A stretch of 63,470 nt of DNA, counting the filler, from Bigelowiella natans CCMP2755 (lineage: Eukaryota > Protista > Cercozoa), in NCBI GenBank assembly GCA_000320545.1. It is 5 parts of 5 records of this genome, joined end to end, with 100 filler letters (N's around TTAATTAATTAA, not from the genome) between each part and the next. Parts side by side here need not be neighbours in the genome. Positions count along the whole stretch, not along the records: positions 1 to 19,087 come from ADNK01001549.1; positions 19,188 to 26,960 come from ADNK01002386.1; 3 more parts are not named here. One strand, given 5' to 3'. A model generated the notes under the pieces. It saw nothing but the letters and a program-made list of their open reading frames with translations. It was not told the origin of the DNA and searched no databases. Positions 13,599 to 23,739 of the stretch are shown here, piece by piece (position 1 is the first letter of the stretch; each line of letters opens with the position of its first letter). The position numbers were made by a program, and so were the translations under genes.

Positions 13599-13924
13599 TG
13601 TTGCGCGTAAGGTGTTCACAGGCCGAGGCGCTACGTGCACAAGTAGGCAGGGGGGGGGAAAGGCACGTTTGCTTCCTTTTGAAGAGTTGTGTTTATTTTT
13701 ATTAAAGATTATATTTTTATTAAATCGTGCACTGCGTAATCATTCGCGAAGCTTTCGCGAATGCCGCCGCACGTGGGGCAGCACACTTCCGGTGTGCTGC
13801 CATGAGTCCCGCCGGAACCCACGTGCCTATGCTGTATTAATATCTACGTTATCTATATTCTATATCCGCGACAACCCCTTTGTTGTCGCACGTGACTTGT
13901 GCCCGCGTAGTGGTACGCGCTACA
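13599..13924 (-). repeat. 3' LTR (326 bp, TG...CA)
   Basis: Ends TGTTGCGCGTA / TACGCGCTACA form a 10/11 inverted repeat. Immediately preceded on the minus strand by the purine tract GGGGGAGG. Confidence 0.92.
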
Positions 13925-13932
13925 CCTCCCCC
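13925..13932 (-). promoter_or_regulatory. Polypurine tract (plus-strand primer)
   Basis: Minus strand GGGGGAGG abuts the TG of the 3' LTR. A further purine run AAGGAAGGAAGGAAGGAG lies just upstream. Confidence 0.8.
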
Positions 13933-13975
13933 AAGTCACGTTGCTCCTTCCTTCCTTCCTTATTCCCTTAGACCT

Positions 13976-16468
13976 TCATCGCTTTCGGAACTTCACCAAC
14001 CACCAGGTAATAGATTCCTCTCTAACCTTATCTCCTTTGTCGCTTACCCAGAACTCACCTTCGTCCTTAGGTTCGTGTCCATACCAGCCCTCTGCATCAA
14101 GGTCCCCCAGGACCTTATACCAGTGCTCAAAGGGTAAGTCGGGAACAGCTAGGTAGAGTAGCTGATATTTTCCGTCCTTTATTTTCATAGCTACCCTCTC
14201 CATATTTCGTAATCCAGGGTAGCCTAGATAGACAATCTTCATGCGCCAATCGTCGTTCACCCTGACCTTATTGTTTCCATATTCCACATCGAACTTAGGT
14301 CGGGGTCCTAAACAAGGCATTGCTCGCTCCCACACAGTAGGGTTTACTTTAACATCCTCTAGGAGCTTCTCACCGATATCATAATTCTTTAGGTGACTGA
14401 TGTGGCGCAAGGTGACCCTGTTCCCATCATAGATGTAGTACTGCTTCCTCCCCTTCCTCTCGGTAACCTTTGCAACGCCACCCCAGAAGGGGTCTTGTTT
14501 ATTTCTCGATCTCAGATTTACCTTGGCCCTAACATACTGTCCTTCCTTTAGAACTCGGCCATCGTACGGGACCTTCTCGTCTTCGCTCTCGGTATCGTCG
14601 TCGTTGTCGTCGCCTTCTTCCCTCTCCTTATCCTTGATACCTCCCCCAGACGTGAAGGTGTCGTTTACTAACCCTTGTATCTTGTCTGGTGTGGTGCTAT
14701 TTATCCTGCTTAGGTTGGCCAAGGTGCGGTGGAGTCGCTCTACCTTGGAGTTGGACTGGGCATAGTATACAGGTGAGGCATCAATATTAGGGTGTGGTAG
14801 CTGTAGAAGAGAGGTCTCATTATCCACATGTAACTTCTTTGGTATCTTGTTTATGCTAACTTCATCAGGGATAGCCTGGAGCTGAGACTCCCAGGTACGG
14901 TAGCAGTTAGTAAGCCTCTGCTTATATAAGCCTTTGTTCTTCTTAGCAACGTTGACCTTGATAATCTTTTTAACCCAGCACTTTCCAGTGGCCACATCAA
15001 CGAAGGTAAGGTAGTGATAGCCATCGTACTTATAAACATCAATTTGCACGATATCTAAGAAGTTCCTTGCTTTGATTTTCTTAGATGCACGGCTCTTGCT
15101 GGACTCCTTGGTGGCGACGCCTGCCGCCTTCAAGCTGGAGCACCTGCAGCCACGCAGGTATGTCCTTATCTCTTTTAGCTTGTAGGGCCAGTAGTAATGG
15201 TAGAGTAGAGCAGTGATATGGTTTTCTCCTACGTGTGCAGGTCCATGGGCGGTAAAGAGAAGGGCTCCCCTGGTCCGCCGTGGCACGTAGGTACGCCTAA
15301 CATTATTAGTGTATACATATATCCTATCACTAAGTACCTCATGCTTGTGTTTGTATTTATCCAGGTGTTCTTGAAGGTGCTGGAGCTCCTCTGGCTCAGG
15401 CAGGAAGTCGCCGTCCTCGAAGGTAATCGCGTTAACCATAGGGGTGACCTGGGTAGGGACTTTCTTTTCGAACAGCCTGCTGAAATAGTCAGCAAGCTGC
15501 TTGTCTCCTGGTGCGTAGACCACTGTCCTCTTGTCCCTAAACTCTTCCGTGTCCGCCCTCATAGCTGCATACTCATCGTTAGGCGCTTCGAGCTTGCGGT
15601 CGATGCCTAGGAGGGGCTTGTGGTCAGTCATTAAGGTGAAGCTGGGCACCGACAGCAGGTAGTATCTTAGTTTCCTCTGCGCCTCAGTCATGGCTTTATA
15701 CTCTCCTTTTGTAGGGCTGTACTTGGCCTCAGCTGCTGTGCAGGCCCTGCCCCACACCCGTATGATCTGCTGGTCTTGGGTAAGTACAGCAGCCATACCT
15801 AGCTTAGACCAGTCTGTCCATAGGGTAGCTGGTCTAGTAGTGTCTAGCTTAGCATTCAATAGGGTGTTGCTGCATAACTTTATTAGGTTATCGAAGTGGG
15901 CATCAAGGCCAGCCTTGGCCCACACCTTAGCGAAGCTGAGGCCTACAGAGTTCTCCTTCCGGTAAGCAGTAGTAAAAGCAGCTGCAGTCCTAGCGTAGGT
16001 AGGGGAGAACCTACGTAGTATCCAAGCTGCAGTCTGCAAGAATGACTTTAACTCCTTTGCATTCTTAGGTTTAGGGGCTTGCTGTAGTGCTGCTACTTTC
16101 TCGGGGTTTGGGGTGATGCGGCCTTGCTCCAGGTAATATCCACACCACTTGATTCTTGTAGCTAGGAATGTACACTTCTGCAGTCTAATAGTAAAACCGA
16201 AGTGTGCAAACCTAATAAATATATTTTCCAGGAGGAAGATCTGAGCGACGACTGTGTTGGTACATATTATGTCATCATCCACATACACAAACACAAACAC
16301 CCACAACACAGACGCCATCCCATCATGTGTGTATGCCCTGTAGTTCTGACTACTGAACGCATCCCCTGATATGCTTAGGCCGTAAGGGAATACGACGAAG
16401 TGCCACTTCCTGTGCCTGCTGGAGAACGCGGTAATGGGGCGGGAGGTTTTGTGGATGGGTGTCTGCAT
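13976..16468 (-). CDS. pol: pol, 3' part: RT core, RNase H, integrase (HHCC, DDE, GPY/F) and a C-terminal Dam/MTase-like domain
   Basis: FPYGL, YVDD (16274-16285), KCTF; RNase H TDWS...GMAAVL...EAKYS...TDHKPL; HGPAH...YYWP...CRC; QID...VDNE...SNSKVER; DPFWGG...HISHLKNY; then 134 extra residues. Confidence 0.95.
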   Translation of the reverse strand: MQTPIHKTSRPITAFSSRHRKWHFVVFPYGLSISGDAFSSQNYRAYTHDGMASVLWVFVFVYVDDDIICTNTVVAQIFLLENIFIRFAHFGFTIRLQKCTFLATRIKWCGYYLEQGRITPNPEKVAALQQAPKPKNAKELKSFLQTAAWILRRFSPTYARTAAAFTTAYRKENSVGLSFAKVWAKAGLDAHFDNLIKLCSNTLLNAKLDTTRPATLWTDWSKLGMAAVLTQDQQIIRVWGRACTAAEAKYSPTKGEYKAMTEAQRKLRYYLLSVPSFTLMTDHKPLLGIDRKLEAPNDEYAAMRADTEEFRDKRTVVYAPGDKQLADYFSRLFEKKVPTQVTPMVNAITFEDGDFLPEPEELQHLQEHLDKYKHKHEVLSDRIYVYTNNVRRTYVPRRTRGALLFTAHGPAHVGENHITALLYHYYWPYKLKEIRTYLRGCRCSSLKAAGVATKESSKSRASKKIKARNFLDIVQIDVYKYDGYHYLTFVDVATGKCWVKKIIKVNVAKKNKGLYKQRLTNCYRTWESQLQAIPDEVSINKIPKKLHVDNETSLLQLPHPNIDASPVYYAQSNSKVERLHRTLANLSRINSTTPDKIQGLVNDTFTSGGGIKDKEREEGDDNDDDTESEDEKVPYDGRVLKEGQYVRAKVNLRSRNKQDPFWGGVAKVTERKGRKQYYIYDGNRVTLRHISHLKNYDIGEKLLEDVKVNPTVWERAMPCLGPRPKFDVEYGNNKVRVNDDWRMKIVYLGYPGLRNMERVAMKIKDGKYQLLYLAVPDLPFEHWYKVLGDLDAEGWYGHEPKDEGEFWVSDKGDKVREESITWWLVKFRKR

Positions 16469-16475
16469 GTATGAT

Positions 16476-18950
16476 TCATTTTTTATCTAGGGAAGAGTAG
16501 TATTTGTATCCTATGACGTGTTCAATAACGTCATCTATCCTTGGTGTAGGTGTCTGGATCCTCTTTATTACTCGGTTGTGGCGGATGAAGTTGTGCGCCA
16601 GGCGGAAGAAAGGGTAAGTAGGTTTCTTAGCTAGCACATGTCTCACGTTCCATGGTGAGTTGCTTGGCTCTATCTTCCCTTCCTTTGCCCATTCATTGAT
16701 CTGCCACTCTATCTTTTCCCAGTCCGCTTCCGGTCGCCTATGTTCTGGGTCATTGATGATGCACTCTTCGTATCCCTTCTTTAGCTCGATCTTTACTGGG
16801 GTAAGCTTGCTGGAGGGCTTCGTCGTCGGCTTGGTGATGTCAGAGTACTTCTCGTTTAATATTTTATTAATGTACTTTTTGCCTTTGTCGATATCCCAAT
16901 CATCAGCTGGGGGGGTCTTGTCCAGTAGCTCCGTTATCTGTCGGATGGTCTTGCCGGGGTTCTTCTTCCGTAGCTCGGTAGGTGTAGGTAGCTTGTTGTC
17001 CGCTAGGTCCATAAACTCTAACGCATTAACGCTTGACTCAGAGGTCCACTCGTCAAGCCGTATCATGTTCTGGCTGATGGTCCTGCCTGACTTCTTTGGC
17101 AACTTAGCAAAGTATATCTTGTGATTGTAGAATGATATGATCCCCCCTAATTTTTCTAGGGCATCCTGTCCGAGGAGTAGTTCCATGGATAAAGTCATGG
17201 CTACTCGGGTCTTGATTTGGGTCTCCGCGTCGCTGCCAGGTATCTGTAGCTTTAGCATTAGCTCACCGACGGTCTTCATGGAAGAGCTTCCGTCTGCTTG
17301 AGCATATTTACGTTCTTTCTTAGTCACTTGATCCAATAGTCCTAACCTTCTTACTGTGCTTAGGCTTATGAAGGACTTCGGCATGCTGCCACTATCCCAA
17401 AGGGCAGGTAGTTTCTTGTAGTCTCCGTAGCTGTCTTTAACTTTAACCTTGGTCATAGCAACTTTGATAGTCCTGTTAGCGTCTTCGTCATTAATGTTGC
17501 ATACTCCTAAGTTCTTTATGTCGTCTAGGGTCATGGGCTTGTCTTGGTCCTGCGTTGCTGGTACTGCTGTCTTCGTCGGCGCCTGCTTAAGGTGATCTAA
17601 TATTCCGTTTATCTGCTGCTGTATAGCATTGATACTGTTCTGCTTTTTGTTCTTATATTTATTGTTCTTCCCGTTGTTGCTGCCTTGCCATTTGCTGTTG
17701 TTATATCCTTGTCCTCTGCCTTTCTTTCTCTTTAACTTCTCGTAGTGTTCGTTGAGCTGCCTGATCGTCATCCTGGGTCGTCCTTCTTTCCTGTCTCTGC
17801 AGTCTTTAGCGGTGTGTTTCCCTTTACGTGAGCAGTATCCGCAACGTCGGTTACCTTCCCTGTCCTTGTACCAGTCTCGCTGCGGCTTAATAGCGTTAAT
17901 GTTTCCTATGCCAGGTACCTTAGGGCTGGTAAACTTGCGGTCCTGCTCCTGCTCGCGTAGGGATATAGCCTGCACTGCTGCCTCCATCGTGGTGTAGCCT
18001 TTCTCCGTAACGTAAGTGGATTCCTTTATCTTTAACTTGAACTCTTCAAACCTTGCCTGATCATCACCTGTGTTGTAATTAAAATCATGTAGTTCGTCGA
18101 TCATATCCTGGAAGCGCGTGGCAAAGTCTCTAACAGGTTCTCTCTCATGCTGCATCATTGCTCTGTATTTTCTAATAGCCTGGGGTAGGGAGTTAGCATC
18201 CTGTTCATTTACAAAAGCCTTCATTATCGCCTCAACGTCTCGTAGCCCACTAACTGTAGTGTGTATTTTCTCTAGCTGCCTGATCCGGGTCCTGCCTGTC
18301 TCGTAAAGGTCCATGGCTTGCTTTATTATAGCTAGCCATTTGAGCTTGTCGTTTTCGGTGGGGTTAGGGGTAAAGTCGCAGAGTATACTCCTAGCGTTCT
18401 TCCACCACCTCCTTGCCTCACCTCTTTTCCCGTTGTATTTCGTTATCATAACCGGTGCTGTTTTAACAGACATGAACTGGGTGTTCCGCTGTACCGGCTG
18501 CTGCTGCTTGACGGTGCTCTGGGTCGTCCCCCGCGAGGCGCCCAGACCCCCGTCGTTCCTAAACAAAGCTGCCCACTCTGGAGGTAAGTCTGCTTCGTAA
18601 TCCATGATGTCCTGCATGATAGCTGCCCAAACATCATGTGTCTGATACTTGTATTCTATCGATACTTTCAGTTTGGCGTAGTTGCTCGCCCTGGGTCGCA
18701 AGGCTCGTAATGCCATTACGACCTTCTTGCTTTCGGCGGCCACGTCCTCGTCGTCCGCCTCGTAGAAGTTCTCCAGTGCCTCTGCTGCTGCATCTGCTTT
18801 CTTAATCCCGGGTGCTGGTCCCGGCGGTGCCTGTGGAGGTGTTCCTCCTCCTTCCTTAGCGTCCGTATCGCCCTTCCTTTCCTGTTTCTGCTCGTGCCCT
18901 TGCACGGCCTGCGAGCCAAAGTCCTGCTGTTCTTCTAGCTGCTGTGACAT
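16476..18950 (-). CDS. gag: gag-protease-RT N-terminus in a single frame
   Basis: Zinc knuckle CGYCSRKGKHTAKDC (17799-17843); aspartic protease ALWDSGS and LLLGQDAL; RT start KIEPSNSPW...TPRIDD...YSSLD. Continues into the pol ORF via +1 at an A6 run. Confidence 0.93.
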   Translation of the reverse strand: MSQQLEEQQDFGSQAVQGHEQKQERKGDTDAKEGGGTPPQAPPGPAPGIKKADAAAEALENFYEADDEDVAAESKKVVMALRALRPRASNYAKLKVSIEYKYQTHDVWAAIMQDIMDYEADLPPEWAALFRNDGGLGASRGTTQSTVKQQQPVQRNTQFMSVKTAPVMITKYNGKRGEARRWWKNARSILCDFTPNPTENDKLKWLAIIKQAMDLYETGRTRIRQLEKIHTTVSGLRDVEAIMKAFVNEQDANSLPQAIRKYRAMMQHEREPVRDFATRFQDMIDELHDFNYNTGDDQARFEEFKLKIKESTYVTEKGYTTMEAAVQAISLREQEQDRKFTSPKVPGIGNINAIKPQRDWYKDREGNRRCGYCSRKGKHTAKDCRDRKEGRPRMTIRQLNEHYEKLKRKKGRGQGYNNSKWQGSNNGKNNKYKNKKQNSINAIQQQINGILDHLKQAPTKTAVPATQDQDKPMTLDDIKNLGVCNINDEDANRTIKVAMTKVKVKDSYGDYKKLPALWDSGSMPKSFISLSTVRRLGLLDQVTKKERKYAQADGSSSMKTVGELMLKLQIPGSDAETQIKTRVAMTLSMELLLGQDALEKLGGIISFYNHKIYFAKLPKKSGRTISQNMIRLDEWTSESSVNALEFMDLADNKLPTPTELRKKNPGKTIRQITELLDKTPPADDWDIDKGKKYINKILNEKYSDITKPTTKPSSKLTPVKIELKKGYEECIINDPEHRRPEADWEKIEWQINEWAKEGKIEPSNSPWNVRHVLAKKPTYPFFRLAHNFIRHNRVIKRIQTPTPRIDDVIEHVIGYKYYSSLDKK

Positions 18951-18966
18951 TGTTAGTCAAATCGTT

Positions 18967-18984
18967 TCCCGTGTGTGGAAGCCA
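18967..18984 (-). promoter_or_regulatory. Putative tRNA primer-binding site
   Basis: Minus strand TGGCTTCCACACACGGGA starts 5 nt after the CA end of the 5' LTR. Cognate tRNA not identified. Confidence 0.55.
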
Positions 18985-18989
18985 AAGGT

Positions 18990-19087
18990 TGTTGCGCGTA
19001 AGGTGTTCACAGGCCGAGGCGCTACGTGCACAAGTAGGCAGGGGGGGGGAAAGGCACGTTTGCTTCCTTTGAAGAGTTGTGTTTATT
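18990..19087 (-). repeat. 5' LTR, partial (runs into gap)
   Basis: Matches 13599-13697 except T3 versus T4. Confidence 0.92.
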
Positions 19088-19187
19088 NNNNNNNNNNNNN
19101 NNNNNNNNNNNNNNNNNNNNNNNNNNNNNNNTTAATTAATTAANNNNNNNNNNNNNNNNNNNNNNNNNNNNNNNNNNNNNNNNNNNN
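19088..19187. other. Assembly gap with artificial TTAATTAATTAA six-frame-stop linker (also at 26961-27060, 47096-47195, 60769-60868)
   Basis: Identical 100-nt N-linker-N structure at four places. Confidence 0.98.
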
Positions 19188-19268
19188 GGTATCCCATCCT
19201 CAGAGACACGTTCATTGTGATCTATTACACCAAGGTGTGGTGTTTCAGACTTCATGGTCTGTTAAACA

Positions 19269-19404
19269 GGGGTGGTCCCTCTCGTGTTGTATCCAAGTGA
19301 GAGGTGGAAGTGTAGGATTCCGATAAGAAAAAACATTGTGAAGGAGGTTCTCATCTTGCGACATTCTAATAAAATGACCCATCCCCCCCTCCCCTCTCTC
19401 TTTA

Positions 19405-19449
<45 letters not shown>

Positions 19450-19709
19450 CACGTGAAACAATTATCAGGGTGCCGATACCGGGAAGCGTCATTCAGGAAG
19501 TGTTGTGGTAATGCATAATCATGCCACACACACACACCCACGCACACGCACGCACAAACACACACACACACATACACAGTGGTATAGATCGACATAAACA
19601 AACAACCAAGAATGAGCTGTGCGCGCGTGCCGCTCGTTGTTTTCTACCTCCCCCTCATTTCCCTATTTTCCGTGTTCCTGTGACGATGCGCTTGAGCTTT
19701 TTTTCTTTG

Positions 19710-19747
<38 letters not shown>

Positions 19748-19870
19748 TCCCCCCCCCCCTTTGATTCTTCTTCGTCTTAGCTTTTCACGGTCTGGCGTGT
19801 TTGATGATGTGAAGAAAGAGCTGGCAATGTTCCAGCAGATTGATAACAGGATGAGGTAGGAGATCATCAA

Positions 19871-19917
<47 letters not shown>

Positions 19918-20385
19918 TATCGGTACATGTTTAACAGACAAGAGAAGAGTACTGATGACGATATGGGTACTTACTGTGTGATAGGTATGATATGAAAGAA
20001 AGACGACTCACGCATATTGATGACAAGGTCATCTTCACATCATGCTAACAAGTGCCGTTGGAAAAATTTTTTTGGTTGACATTTCTCCCCCCCCCCCCTA
20101 CAGCCTATAGATATGAAAAGGATGTACAACATAGTTCTGTCGTACGAGATGTGCCAGGGAATGGTACTCTCTTTTAATTCTAATCCATCAAGCACCCATC
20201 ATATATACCTTTGGCCCCGTTCAAAATTCCTTCACTATCTTCTTCCTTCTCGCACCAATCTTGCCCTTTGCTGCCCGTAGGATCGAGTGACGCCGCTGCT
20301 AAAGTACTTTGAGCAGAATCCCAAGGCCATGCCACGAGATCTAGACAATGTCAAAGTAATTATGTCTTTACCGCATCGATCTGCG

Positions 20386-20425
<40 letters not shown>

Positions 20426-20737
20426 GTCCTCAACCTGTTAAAGTTTTATATCTTCTTTCTTTCAAGTCTTTTCATCACCTCGGCCCCAATCTGTGCCCCC
20501 TCCCCCCCCATTGTTCCTCAGTATAGTAGCGGTTGCGAGTTTTTCGGTTTTTAAGTGTAATTTTTAGCTGAAACGAAGAGAGAAGAAGAGAGTGGAAGGA
20601 GATGTTTGTGATGGATTTTATGGAATCTACTGGCTGTTTACTGCGCTTTACCTTGACGAGGAATTTTGTTTTGTTGTTGCTTCAGGATATGCGGGAGACT
20701 CTGGTCATCTTCTTCCCTCAACCCCCTCACCCTCCCT

Positions 20738-20768
<31 letters not shown>

Positions 20769-21119
20769 GTGTGTGCGCGTGTGTGTTTGAATTTTTCCAT
20801 GTACGTGTGATTCTTTGTTTTCCCTGTTTAATCGCCTCCTCTTCCCTCCTCACCCCCATACCCATCTAGGTTGACTACTTTGCCAAATGCGCATGGGTGT
20901 ATATCTTAGACAAGGTAGTGGCTCGTTGTTTTGACCTCTGTCTACCACTCGCATGTAATCAGCGACCATGCACGGTGTGAAATGCGTCTCAACTCTTCAT
21001 CAGTAGGGTTTTGTGCTACAGCACCCGCCATACGTCATATTTGTTGGTAATTGTTAGTCCGATTTTCATCACGTCGATACGGATGGAGACGGCGTCATCT
21101 CCAAGAAGGAGGTTGCATG

Positions 21120-21170
<51 letters not shown>

Positions 21171-21189
21171 TTACTCAAACTTACGCAAT

Positions 21190-21220
<31 letters not shown>

Positions 21221-21442
21221 TTATTATATACACATACATTATGATATATATAATAATGTATATATAGTGTATAAGATAAGATGTGCCAGAACAATAATCC
21301 TACAATCGCAACGACATCGTCATTTCTGCAGGTCTCCGCAGTGGCAAAGCAAATATACGGAGAGGGGGTTTGATAACAAGATCTAATTAATATGCGTTCA
21401 TTATCTCCTTCACTCTCTCACTCATTAACACTTATATAAGTG

Positions 21443-21480
<38 letters not shown>

Positions 21481-21647
21481 AACATCGATTCTCCATCCCT
21501 CCCCTCCCCCTTCAATAGGTCGGTTCTCTGGTGGTTGACAACTTGATGGCTTGTGCTGATATAGATCAGAATGACGAAATCACAAAGGTAGGTCGGCATT
21601 TCTACCCTTTCTACCGGTTTCCATGTGATGCATAAAATAACGTGAAT

Positions 21648-21685
<38 letters not shown>

Positions 21686-21723
21686 ACAATAAATATATAT
21701 GTAGGTAAATATTTATGTAATTA

Positions 21724-21757
<34 letters not shown>

Positions 21758-21786
21758 ATTTATTTATATGTTTGTGTGGTGCGTAT

Positions 21787-21843
<57 letters not shown>

Positions 21844-22157
21844 TGTGTGTTTGTGTTTGAAATGTGCGAAGGATGAGCTATTTTGGATCGGGTTGCTCGG
21901 GGTCGTTGGGTTCATCAGTGCGGATGACGGTAGGGGCGTTGAGCACACAACCCAAATCGGCACGCGCATCGGACGACGCATTGGTAACAGCAGCACTTTT
22001 ATTTCTTCTTGCAGGGAGTCCCGTGCTAAAGCTCGATATTTACCGGGAGAAGGTCTTACGATTCTTCGGAACGACAGGTGAGAGACGATGCATACCATTG
22101 TGTACTAGGAGTGAGTGATATGAGTAGTGGCTTGGTGCTGCTGATACATTTCGCAGG

Positions 22158-22191
<34 letters not shown>

Positions 22192-22341
22192 CCAAGCGAT
22201 ATAGTTACGATAGACCATCATCATAGCATGGATTCTGACCGATGAGCGTTGGTTGACACGTAGATAAGAAGAAGGTCGCGTATATTGAAGAGGTCTTCTC
22301 GAGGCTGAAGTCATCGAAGGTGCTTTCACACACACGCACAC

Positions 22342-22375
<34 letters not shown>

Positions 22376-22390
22376 ACATAAACAAATTCT

Positions 22391-22430
<40 letters not shown>

Positions 22431-22501
22431 CCCCACTCTATTATGTCAGCTCTTCTCAAACGAATGAATTACCCGTTTTGACACCCAAATTGTTATGTAA
22501 T

Positions 22502-22542
<41 letters not shown>

Positions 22543-22791
22543 ATAGACCTTTCAAACGTGTATTATGTGTTGATTATTTACGGATTTTTTGGTTGTGATA
22601 AGAGTGTGGATTCGTTGCAGGAATTAAAGAATCTGGTAAGGCTGCTACAGCAATGCAAGCACAATGAATGTTGCGATGAATTGAGTTGTGTTTTCTCTTG
22701 TTCAAACATGATCCTCGGAGCCATTCGTTCCACATGGACTGACGCCTTTTTGCTGCAGGTTAAGAACATCGGGAAGAACGTCACGATCTAA
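19269..22791 (+). CDS. EF-hand calcium-binding protein, micro-exon gene; 5' end lost in the gap
   Basis: Exon 21058-21111 SDFHHVDTDGDGVISKKE is a canonical EF loop. Exon 21519-21587 LMACADIDQNDEITK|DEL is a second EF loop. Further GT-AG exons end VKNIGKNVTI*. Confidence 0.75.
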
Positions 22792-23739
22792 TTGCAAGAG
22801 ATGGTAGCGAGAAGGGCAGGACCCTGCACTATATCTCATGTCGGGAGCTGGTTTCCATGCCACACGGGCTCCACAGGTCAAGTGCTGCATCCCAATGAAC
22901 GAGTTAGCAGCACAAAGCAGGCACTTGCTAGCGTTGGCGGATGCAAGATGAGGAGAAGCTTGGATTGGACTTTTTGTTCGTTCACACATTTTTCCGAGTT
23001 TTCGAGATTCTGAATGAATCTGGCAATGAAGTACCATTTTCAATGTTCAATGTTCAATGTAGAACGTTCATGACAGCCAGAAGAGAAAGGTTGAAGTTGC
23101 GACATGTAAGTCGACTTCAAACGATCGATGATTCCCTGAACTGCATCTGCCTAAACTTGCCGTGCACAGCGTGACAACGCAATGATGTGGCGCAATTCAG
23201 TTCAACACAAATCACGAGCTGTGCCAAGCGCATGTCCGTGACAGTGGCGAATTTGCCATGCTCGTTCACGTGCGTGGCGATTTCGTGCCTTCTAATGATT
23301 GCGACCGCGGTGTTGCTAGGTTGCATTGTTGAGGTGATCATGACAGTGCCAGAAAATTGACCATTGACAGAGTTGCAAATCTGCTGGCGGTGCGCGCAGT
23401 GCGATTCGTCGCGTTCGCTTTTTTGTTTGTCACTTGCCAGCTTGCGATCTAAGGTCACAACACAGTTCCTGCCATCCCCACTCATTTGACTGCAGTATGT
23501 GCCACGCAACGAACAATGAACAATGAACAATGAAGAAAGCATTGATGCAAATCTGCATGCGCCAGAATCACATGGGAGATGGGAGACAGGCGTGCTGGCG
23601 TGTGCACGCAGCAGCGCTCAACAATGAATCACGAACTGTCCATGCTCCTGACATTTTTTCCCATGAGATCTCCTTGTCGTCGCAGAAACAGGATCAAATC
23701 CCATGCATTTTATCGCTACGACAAAGCAAAAAATCATGT

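Larger units (their letters stand above)
13599..19087 (-). mobile_element. Ty3/Gypsy LTR retrotransposon, recent and near intact; 5' LTR truncated by the assembly gap
   Basis: Direct repeats at 13599 and 18990 are identical over ~98 nt except one homopolymer T. Domain order gag(CCHC)-PR-RT-RNase H-IN. PBS-like TGG and PPT flank the internal region. Confidence 0.96.

Noticed and set aside
13976-14380. Chromodomain or env at the integrase C-terminus
   Set aside because: There is no chromodomain YLVKW-type pattern at the expected spacing and no signal or transmembrane segment. The motif order fits an MTase-like fold better.
19132-19143. TTAATTAATTAA palindrome repeated four times in the window
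   Set aside because: It is always embedded in N runs of fixed total length, so it is an assembly linker, not biology.
19262-22459. ORFs with YIYIYI, SLSLSL, HTHTHT, CVCVCV, ERERER
   Set aside because: These are translations of intronic microsatellites.
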